DNA of 64,000 nucleotides from Octopus sinensis (lineage: Eukaryota). Each line of letters begins with the position of its first letter. Position 1 is the stretch's first letter. The notes under the pieces are model-generated. The model was not told the DNA's origin and did no database searches. It worked only from the letters and a program-made list of their open reading frames with translations. Below, in pieces: positions 53,654-64,000 of the stretch. The translations under genes were made by a program, and so were the position numbers. The stretch spans positions 43,462,001 through 43,526,000 of the forward strand of contig NC_043004.1 in NCBI RefSeq assembly GCF_006345805.1. The letters run 5' to 3'.

Positions 53654-54074
53654 GGATCATTTCGGTTTGAACGGCAGTTATTCTAGCGGTGTCATATGAA
53701 ATTGTCACCCATAATTATGACCCTAGTATCGATCTATTGCATTTCAATCTCTTTTAGGGTTAGGGTTAGTTAGAGTTAGGGGTGGGGAAGGGTATCTTTT
53801 TTCTTCAGAAATGTAAATAAAACCAATCTGTTTCTTAAACGAGGGACATATTCATACGACACAGAATGTTTTTACCTCAATAGACGTCAGTAATTGACTG
53901 AAATTGCAGAAATTGAAGGAAAAAACAACATATATCTTACAAACTGTAGAGGTTTCTCAATAAAGCCAAGAGAAAAAGATGTTTTATAAACACATTCTAC
54001 CAGTATACGAAGTTTAAAATTTTTTAGTTACCTAGAAATTATGTTAACAACTGCCGTTCAAACCGAAAAGATCC
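53654..54074. mobile_element. MITE with 26-bp TIRs and an 8-bp TSD (hAT- or P-like)
   Basis: TIRs GGATC(A/T)TTTCGGTTTGAACGGCAGTT at 53654-53679 and 54049-54074; TSD ATTTTGGA at 53646-53653 and 54075-54082. Confidence 0.93.
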
Positions 54075-54089
54075 ATTTTGGATAGGTTA

Positions 54090-54932
54090 GTTGTGAAAGA
54101 ACCACATCGATAACTTTTAGCAAAGACATGCAATCTCATGTGCGGGTAGGTGTTACTCTTCCATCTTTCAGTATGTCATAAAATATGCCAGTAACTAGTA
54201 GCATTTGAACTAGCATCATTAATGGTTTGGCGTGGCTGCTTTAGCACGTTTTAGCAGCATGCATGCGAGAGCGTCTCGTGCAGATGCTCAATTTGAATCG
54301 AAGTCACTAATTGCTGCAAGAGTATCATTTTCCGTAATATTAATTTCTTGAGGTGTCCCTGCAGTTGAATTCTGGTAATCAAAGAATTCGCTTGGATTTG
54401 TTGCCTCCCAAAAGACATAGCAACCACAGAGCAGAAACCTCCGCCATACCAAGTCCATTGTGCAGAATATGCTCAACTTTCTCACGGGGATTATGGCGAT
54501 GGCAATGGCGATTTGAATTATAATCAATCACCTGTCATCCACCGACGTGTAGTGAACACGGTCAATGATATCTACGCTCTGTAGCTGTTGCTGGGCGTCC
54601 AGACTTTAAAACTATTCATTCTTTTCTAAAATTCAACAGCCCACTTTTGCTCTGTTGATAAAACGGGAGCGTCATACCTGAATGCAGCAACCTTGTCTGC
54701 GTGAATGTCGTTGGGGGTTAAATCCCTTTTCTTTCGGATACTTGATAACACAACGATGCCACACTTTGTTCATTTTCAAAAGAAATGTGCTACTAGTTAC
54801 GTTTCAAGTCTTCTTTGAACAGCCACGTACCAATTTATCTGGAACGAAATAATGCAGTAATTAATAAAAAGGGTTGAAATTAATGCATGTAGGAGTCCAC
54901 GGATTTAGTCTCACTCTTTCATAGTCAACCTA
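54090..54932 (-). mobile_element. Decayed mariner transposase remnant (probably irritans-like), internally deleted
   Basis: Minus strand across frameshifts: WHRCVIKY..GLTPNDIHAD..DAPVLSTEQKWAVEF..SGRPATAT..IDRVH..DDR..REKVEHILHNGLGMAEVSALW (cf. ISRERVENILHNELGMSKVSARWVP). Confidence 0.85.
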
Positions 54933-56279
54933 TGTATACATATGTTTGTATGTATGTATATTTGTATGTATGTGTTTGTGCGGGTGTATATACATACATA
55001 CTCGTGTATGACCGTCGATATGGATGTGGTTCTATGGATCTTTCTGTTTCGTATGTAAATACTTAACAAACCATTTTCTATTCATGATTGTGCTATAGAA
55101 GGAAAGAGTGAAAAGATTTAGCATTTCTTTATTAACGTTAAATCTATTCACTATTTTTCTTAAAATCTTGTTTAAATTCCCTTCCTAAAAGCCTTGGTTA
55201 TTTTCAATTTCTTATCCTTGGCGCTAATTTTCCGAAGTTTGCCTTTGCATTAATATGTAACAAATACTGAAATATAGGTATACTTCCTCGATTATATTAT
55301 TTTCTCAAACTATAAATTTATACACAATTATTTAAATATGACAAATAATAATCATAAAGGTGAAAATTATTATATTCCGAATAGTTATGTATAGTTTTAG
55401 ATTCCTTCAATGATTCAACTTTCAGCAACTTTACCATACACTTTAAGTAACAGATATAAATGTAGACTGGTAAAAATGACGGAAGATCCCTATAGTTTTT
55501 AACGTTATTTTATCACCTGTACCTGCGCATCATTAAGGAATTTCCAAGCCAATAATTTAACATCACCGGATGACATTCATTTTCTGTTTGACAATCCTTT
55601 CATCGATAAATTTCTTCGTTTGGAATAATTTTCTGATTTGATGTGACAAACTAATAATGAATCTCATTCCAAAATATAATTTTCATGCGTAGAATGTGAA
55701 ATAATAGTTTTATATTACAAGAATATCTTCAAAGCTAAAATATACATATAGTTTGAAACTCATATTATCATTTAGTAACATATATTGCCAAAACAGTATT
55801 TCCGTATAACTGACTTTAGCGTCGGTAGTTTGATGCTCTTGATAAAATCCTTTTCATAATGATTTTGACACTGAAAAAAAAAATAATAAATAATTAAATC
55901 CCTTCTGGCAATCCATAACTTATACATGAGTTGAAAATTAGGATAACATATAGAAGGTTGTCATCAATATTAACTTTACAGAATATATGAAATCATTTCT
56001 CATATCAGACATTGAATGTTGTTCTTTCAAACTAGGAAAAACGCTGAAACAGAAATCCCAATCAATTATTAACAATTTATCGTCATAATCACTGATGCTT
56101 TGATGACACTTCAGTGACAAAGACGTTCCTTGGGAAGCTGTGATTGTAACTTTTATTTGCATAAACATGTGCATCACGTTCATTTCAAAGAAATCTAATT
56201 ACCTTTAGATTTTGCGTGAAGGGTGCACACACAAACACATACCCCTCCAAATCTCCCCGCGCGCGCACACACACACACA

Positions 56280-56604
<325 letters not shown>

Positions 56605-57349
56605 AACTGAAGTGTGCGTGATTGTGTGCTTTTGATTGTATCCAGTTTCAATATTTCTTTATATTGAGTTTTATAGCTGATTAAAAACCGAGCAGCAGAA
56701 TTTATATTAGTCTCTTATGATTGAATAATTACAAAAGGATCACAGAAACTCCTCATTAGATATCTAAATAAGATTAACGAATGTAAATATAATTTTATAT
56801 ATGAAAAATATTTTCTTCATATAAATTAAATGAAAGTGCTAATTAGATTAGAGTTTCTTTGATATTAAAAGTTCTAATCAGTACCTTTCTCATTAGCTAT
56901 AGCAGATTTATTTCATATAACCGCCCATTAGGCATTTGTCTTTCACAAAAACAGGCTTCTTATGAATAACATTGGTAAATGTGTATATGTGTGTACGTGT
57001 ATTCGTCTGTTTATATTTGCATATATGCCTGTATACGTGTGTGTATATATAAACATAGAAATACATATATACGCACAGATATAGACATGCATTCATACAT
57101 TCACACGCATACTGATATAGCTCACACGCAAACACATGCACATGCAACACACATCTGTTCATAAGATTTTGCATGTGGCATGCTTGTGTCTGTGTGGTGA
57201 GGTTGTTGCCAAATGAATTTCGAGACTAATCACTTTCTCGTTGTTTACAGATGCCTCTAAAAATTTGAAAACTTCTTTACCTGGGGCTCTTAAATAACAA
57301 CCTAGCTGTGATGTTGACTACGATATGTACTGGCAAACGTATATACATT

Positions 57350-58100
57350 CATATATTTTGCATTTTTACGAAATGCATTTCTACTGCAGTAATAGATATA
57401 TACAGTCTTGATGTCGTGGTAGCTGTGTTCATGCTTCCTTCATTTCTTGATCTCACGAAATTTGACATTTCCTGAATTAAAAATTTCGGTCTAGTAAAAC
57501 AGTTTTCTCTGAACAGTGTTCCATTATTTCTTAAATTGTCACGTAGGGCAACAGTGTTCCATACAATACTTCAAAATCTTGAAATTTCCAGGCAATATTT
57601 TTAAGAATGTGCTGGTGAAGTAGGCCGTCGGACAAAATGTGATGCGGTATTTTGACACCATTTTAGGTCCTGGTTAGAGATTCCATCAAGGTCCACCTTG
57701 TCTGCCATCCTTTATCGTTCAATAATTAATGTACCATCTAATGACTGGGATTGATATAATCGTCTAACTTAAAATTGCTGCCCGGTTGTCTACAGCAGAA
57801 ATATTGGGTGTGACAGTTGGATGGATGTTTTAAGTCTTCAACTATTCTTCTTTGTTAACGAACGATATACAATCTTATTCAGTGTGTGATGTTTGCAGGA
57901 CCGAAATTTCATTTTTTTTAGTCATCATGATATATGTCACTTTGACTACACACAAGCTTCGATTATTGAAGCCATTCTCCGTGATATAATCACTTTGGAA
58001 GAAAGAAATCTTAGAAAACGGTTGACATGACAACGCATGGACTCAGAGACTGCAAGTTTCCATACTGAATCCAGTCATAGTCGTTTAACAACACCTTAAT
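57350..58100 (-). mobile_element. Possible highly decayed LINE endonuclease-region fragment
   Basis: Weak minus-strand remnants (ISFVNKE...VDNRAAIL; NNGTLFRENCF) resemble AP-endonuclease segments; not decisive. Confidence 0.3.
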
Positions 58101-58588
58101 GTAGCTGCCATTTGATATTTTTCGCTTATAAATAAACTTTGGCTGACAAATTCTCTAGGCAATGAAAAGAGAGGGAGATCTGAAGGCACGGCCCCAACTA
58201 TGCTGGTGAAGTTTATGTATTATATATTACATCAAGTTATAAATTATATTTCTGCATCTTTTGTTAGTTTTGTTCCATCTGCCAAACTGTTGTCTTTTAG
58301 ATTGCTATGGCCAGTATTATGGTGTTTGACGACACTGCTATGATAGCTGGTTGAGTTAATGAATGAAAATATGTTCCTTGGCTGTGTGAAGAAGTAAATG
58401 AACAACACACGCGAACGTTTAACAGAAGGATTCATTGATGCACACGATGACAAACAGTGATAGCCATTTACAATTGACATCTGCAATCTATTACAAACTG
58501 TGAGAGTGATGCTGTTCTGAGACTACAAAAAGCTTTTGGTAGGGTAACACGTGGATTGCCGAAAATATGTGGAATCAACCGCGCTATA

Positions 58589-59789
58589 TTCTTAAACGTA
58601 TTAATCAGCGTGGTATCGAATTTATTGAAACGCAAAGCAGGGGAAACGTTTAGTTTTAGATTACCACACCATTTGTAATTTTGTTATAACTTTTGAAATG
58701 GGAAATATAAATAAAAGAATCATTAAATATATATTGTCGTTGGATTGGATTAAATGTATCTGTGGAATAATTGTCTGTCAGCATCTCTCTCTCTCTCCCT
58801 CTAGCGACGAAAATTCTTGGTAACTTTTCTGAACTGTCTGATGTGACAATGGTGGAAACATATCCCTCGGCTAAATTCAGTCGACAAAAGCCGCTCTTTT
58901 ATATGGTATGAGAAGATACTTGATTCCACAACGCGTCGATTACACAGAGATTGACTGCTTAATAGAGCGATCGGCAATTGTGGTTCTGTGGTAGTGCCTT
59001 TCTTGCTACCTAGCAGTTACGTTTAGAATTACCACTAGATTATTAATGCAGATTCTAGAAGGATGTTTAAAGATTTGAAATGCATTTTCCTTCAGAATTA
59101 CAAATCTTGAGACAACTCATAACAACCTAAATGCTTAATAATCTATTTGATTATTATGTTTGAGTAACGTTGACCTGTTTTACAATTTCTTACCATCGTT
59201 TGTCTATTTCGCTGAGAGATATGTTTTTCCTATAAATTCTACATCAATGAATTTTTGTTTTTGCTTCTTTCCAAAAATATTTTTATGGTTTAATGAAATC
59301 GTTTTTTATTATTTTACATTTGCTTCGGTTTATGTAATATATTTAACAGACATTGTTTGATTCCTATTTCTACAGATGAAAAATATTTATTCTTAACGTG
59401 TGCTTGTTAAATCCTTCATCTATATTAGAGAATTAACGCAAGATCTGAAACAGAAATACGCGTGGTTTTTATTGTAAAAATTCCAATAGATTGTTCATTT
59501 GCAGGTGTAGTAAGACGGAAAATGAGTTCCTTTTACTTTTTGTGTTACATAAAAAAGAAATGACAATCGGTTGTTTGTAAACTACATTTCTTAAAAGTAT
59601 TAATCAGCGCTGTATCGAATTTATTGAAACGCAAAGCAGTCGGAATGTTCAATTTTAGATTACCTCGGGATGTGTAATTTTGTCATAACTATTGAAATGC
59701 GAAATGTAAATAAAAGCATAATTAAATATGTATTGCCGTTGGATTGTATAAAATGTATATGTGGGATAATTGTCTGTCTGCATCTCTCT
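58589..59789 (+). repeat. Diverged ~200-bp direct repeat, ~1 kb apart (58589-58789 and 59588-59789)
   Basis: ttcttaaa.gtattaatcagcg..gtatcgaatttattgaaacgcaaagcag...ataattgtctgtc.gcatctctct occurs in both. Confidence 0.9.
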
Positions 59790-59854
59790 GTTACACTCCC
59801 TCTCTCTATCCTGTCTCGTCTTGTTTCTATCTCTCTATGCGTATGAATATATAA

Positions 59855-59871
59855 TCATAATAATAATAATG

Positions 59872-59905
<34 letters not shown>

Positions 59906-60017
59906 TGATAATAATAATAATGATGATATAATAATAATATAATAATAATATAATAATAATAATAATAAATAATAATAATAATATAATAATAATATGATGA
60001 TGATGATGATGATGATG

Positions 60018-60048
<31 letters not shown>

Positions 60049-60062
60049 TTATAATAATAGTA
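59855..60062. repeat. (AAT)n/(GAT)n microsatellite
   Basis: Direct reading. Confidence 0.92.
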
Positions 60063-60367
60063 ATATTATATTGTATGCGTGTGACATTATTGCGCAGAGT
60101 CCATGCTAGTATGTTCTGCATGACTCCAATATTACTATATATACATCTACAATGCAGTAGGCACGTGGTCGTGTCAAATACGTGTAAAAACAGCTGTAAG
60201 ATATGTGCATATGATATTTTTTATATTCCATTGTCGTGGCAATTTCTTAATAATGCTCTTTGCTTTACTAACACTCCTCTCTGAATCATACGCATATTAA
60301 TTTGTACATTGGGTTACTAGTATCGCAATGCCTGAGCGTAATACATATATATATATATATACATATA

Positions 60368-60447
<80 letters not shown>

Positions 60448-60477
60448 CATATATATATACATACATATATATGAATG

Positions 60478-60515
<38 letters not shown>

Positions 60516-61699
60516 ATATATATATATGTATATTATATATATATATATGTGTGTATATAAAGGAGAAAAGAAAATGGAGATTAGGAAGTCGATAATCGGT
60601 TATTACTAACATCAAATTTGCCATCTTCACTTACATCCGTTTCAATCGAAACTCAATAAATATTAAATTTATATATATGTGACACGAGCACAGCATCATC
60701 AGAGGTAAAGATGTTATATGTATGCTCGTGAATTCACACACACACACACACATAAATATATATATATATAAACCTCTCTGTGTGTACGTGTATCTCTGTG
60801 TGTGTGTGTGTGAGTGAGTGTATTTCACAAATAACATATATCTATCAGGGTGCAGCGTCACACAACGTAAACTTGATGAATGAATTTTAATAACGCGAGT
60901 TATAAACGGGCGTTATTACTTTGCATCATTAATGGTCCCACTGGAATATTGTAGTGTTTATTTGCCAACTCGAATTCCTTTTAAGATAAACATTCCGTAA
61001 AAATTATTCACAAATTATGAACTAATCCACAAAATGAAGGAAATAATCCATACTATGTATAAGCAAGTCAATAAATGATATGTAGTAAATGTAATTTATA
61101 TGCTAATTATGATATAATGTTTTTCATTTTACAACAGTACGAATACGTTCACTTAGATTTTCAATCTAAAATATAATTATAGTGATATAAATAAAATTTT
61201 CAGAAAAGAAACACAACTAGATCATTAAGATAAATGCCATTACATATATTTTCCTAGAAAATTAAATCATTTCACTTTAAAAGTAACGTAAATAAGATTC
61301 ACAGCAATTTTAATATTTCATTCGTAAACATGTTTGTTAGGCACTGTCTTCCAAAGATTTTTGATATGTTTGACTATCGTTTTCGTATTATCAAACACAA
61401 TAAAGACTTTAACTAATACTTGCTCTTTACCACCAGACAATTTCGTGACTCCCAGGCATAAATCGTTCTTCACACTTTTATAAATTTTTGCTGATATTTG
61501 ATAAGTTGATATACATAGAAACTGGTGATATTTTCTTTATTTGTTTAAATCATTCTTATTAAATTCCCTCTTAAAGCGAAATGTCTTAAACATACTTCGG
61601 TGCTCCATATTTTATTTATAAAAAATTGATTTTTATAGATCCCTAATCTTTTTTCAATCATATATATGTATATATATTTTTAGTCGGACAAGTCAACAC

Positions 61700-61990
61700 A
61701 ATGACTTATATTTTGAAGCCTAATACCTATTCCATCGCTGTCTTTTGCCGAACAGCTAATTTACGGGGACGTAAACACACCAACACCCGTCATCAAGTTG
61801 TGGTGGCTCAAACACTAACACACACATACACTCACTAACATTAATACGCGGGCGTCTTGCAGAAGCTATAGCTTCTTGCGGAGCTATAGCAGAAGATAAT
61901 CGCCCAATGTGCCACGCAGTGGGACTGAACCCGGATTCATGTAGTTGGGAAGCAGGCTTCTCACCACACCACCATACCTGCCTGCGCCTA
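61700..61990 (-). mobile_element. Family-B SINE with internal deletion/rearrangement
   Basis: ttttgccgaacagctaatttacggggacgtaaacacacc...gtgccacgcagtgggactgaacccgg...accatacctgcctgcgcct. Confidence 0.8.
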
Positions 61991-62050
61991 TATATATATA
62001 CGTACGTGTGTGTGGGGGGTTTACACGTGTGTATGTGTGTGCGTGCGCGC

Positions 62051-62081
<31 letters not shown>

Positions 62082-62624
62082 TGTGTGTTCATGTGTATGG
62101 GAATATTCATGTGTATAATAATTATTTCTTCCTACTGCACCACCCCGAAAGCAATCCCACATATTTTAGCATTTTTATACGTCCTTTCAGCATATATGTG
62201 CGTTTCGTAATCAAATTGCATAGGAGCCATTCGCACTGACATCATTTTACCTCATATCAAAGTTATTCAATTTTTATCAATGTTATTCAAGTCCCTTTTC
62301 CCCTTGCATATAATATCGGACTGTGTTACGGTAATTATCCTTACACTTATCTACATAACTTTCATTTGCTATAACTGCTTTCATTTTCGTAAGTTATGTA
62401 AGAGATGGGTAATTACATTCTAACTCATAATTTTTTGTAAATGTGTCACACAGGAAAAAAATGTTTTGTGGAATTTGATGTTGGATTAATTTACGCCACA
62501 GTCAACATTGCCTTTCATCGTTTCGGTTGAGAGAAAAAAATATAACTTCAACACTGGGAGCGATATTGATCAACAAGAACTCTCAGCTAAAAGTTCAAGT
62601 TTGGTGCCTATCATAGAATAAAAG

Positions 62625-62657
<33 letters not shown>

Positions 62658-63221
62658 CTAGCAGTATCGCCCGGCGTTGCTCGGGTTTGTAAGGGAAATA
62701 ACTATATAAGCATTTTTAGAGAGTTATAGCCAAAAAATAGCCAAAAAATGCATTAAAAATGGAAAAAAAATTATGGTAAATTTTTTTTTAAATCGTTGAC
62801 TCATCGTAGACATTTTCTGTTTTGGTGTCTTCAAGCCATGAAGTCGTTGTTCTAAAAGAACGCTGGTCTCCTTGACAACGCTTTACGACGTATATTTCCT
62901 TACACTCCCTTCCCCACAGCTTCACGAGGAAGGGAAGAAGGGGGAGAATCAACACAGGTGCAGGTGTGACCATGTACGCCAACTCCGCCGCCATCGACAC
63001 ACGAAAAAATATGCATTAAAATGGAATAAAAAATGATGTTGAATTATTTTAAAAATCGTAGACTAATCGTAGACGCGCGCTAATACCCAGACGGGCTCGA
63101 TATGAATCACGACTATAAGATACCCGAATTTGGTTAAACTGCACCGCAAAATGTGGGAGTACTTAGGAATCTAAATCGAAGGGGACAGACACTCACACAA
63201 CTACAGTTTTATATATATAGA
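62658..63221 (-). mobile_element. Non-autonomous Helitron
   Basis: Minus strand begins A|TC tatatatataaa and ends with hairpin cccg-agcaacgc-cggg 8 nt before CTAG|T. Inserted at an AT site within (TA)n, no TSD. Confidence 0.8.
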
Positions 63222-63251
63222 TATATATATATAGATATATATATTATTCTT

Positions 63252-63279
63252 TAACACCATTACCACTTATAACCTCAAT

Positions 63280-63328
<49 letters not shown>

Positions 63329-63376
63329 TATATATATTTATTTATTTAATTGAGGTTATAAGAGGTAATGGTGTTA
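63252..63376. repeat. 34-bp inverted repeat (1 mismatch) bracketing a (TA)n spacer
   Basis: taacaccattaccacttataacctcaattaaata (63252-63285) / tatttaattgaggttataagaggtaatggtgtta (63343-63376). Confidence 0.95.
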
Positions 63377-63781
63377 TTGAGGCCCAAAGGTATCACGTAA
63401 TGCTGAATAAGTGTTAATAGACAGACCATAGATAAGTTCCAGCCTCGGTGCTTTTGCGAACACTGTGTTCAACGTTGGTCATATATCAGCGTTCGTATAT
63501 AAGAATATTTTGCGTAATGAGATCAAAAAACGCAAGGCTCTGTAGCTATTAGAACATTTCTAGATAGAAAATCCTACAGCTGTTTCCAGGATATTTATAA
63601 TTATATCCCTTGGATGTCACTCATAAGGTATTGGAATCTTACATATATACCATTTTGCCTAAAGAATGGTTCTACAAATTCAATATCCCTACGTATCTCA
63701 CATCTATTTTCTTTCCTCCATCCCATTCTCTAGTTTGTATCCTATCTAAAGTATCTATTACTTAACCATCCTCTCACACCA

Positions 63782-63830
63782 TCTCGATGAAGGGAGATAA
63801 TTAATAAATATCCCAGAAACAGCTGTAAGA
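63782..63830 (+). ncRNA. Minimal type I hammerhead-like motif (U4 missing)
   Basis: TCT - C.GATGA - A-GGGA..TCCC-A - GAA - ACAGCTGT (palindromic stem III) - A - AGA. An inverted, more decayed copy lies at 63576-63611. Confidence 0.55.
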
Positions 63831-63897
63831 CATATCTGTAAATGCTCTAATATCTACACAGTCTTGTTTTTTTATCTCATTACGCAAAAAGTTCTTA

Positions 63898-63933
<36 letters not shown>

Positions 63934-64000
63934 AATGAATGTTTTTATATATAATGAACGTGAAATACAGGAAGGGACGAACACGGAACACAGACAAATC

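Noticed and set aside
54288-54527. Minus-strand ORF resembling a signal peptide plus three N-glycosylation sequons (NST, NIT, NDT)
   Set aside because: The same DNA in another frame encodes mariner transposase motifs (REKVEHILHNGLGMAEVSALW); the ORF is an off-frame by-product.

Overview
This is AT-rich, repeat-dominated eukaryotic DNA. The SINE families and very high microsatellite density point to an octopod cephalopod (Octopus-like); this is inferred from repeat content, not from a database search. I cannot support any intact host protein-coding gene, so the window looks intergenic or like part of a very large intron, and most ORF-track entries are microsatellite read-throughs. Supported content: many tRNA-derived SINEs of at least three families; decayed retroelements (a Penelope-like RT, an RTE, a CR1-like RT, and two R4/Dong elements sitting in AAT/GAT microsatellites); decayed Tc1 and mariner transposases; a MITE with 26-bp TIRs and an 8-bp TSD; and two non-autonomous Helitron-like elements. 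The most interesting signal is a set of type I hammerhead-ribozyme-like motifs in short non-coding Penelope-type repeats next to (TA)n tracts. Each repeat family has a different palindromic stem III (ACGT, ACCGGT-like, ACGCGCGT-like, ACAGCTGT). One locus carries two such motifs in direct repeat, a retrozyme-like layout. All copies show some decay and none is proven active. Coordinates of decayed elements are approximate.
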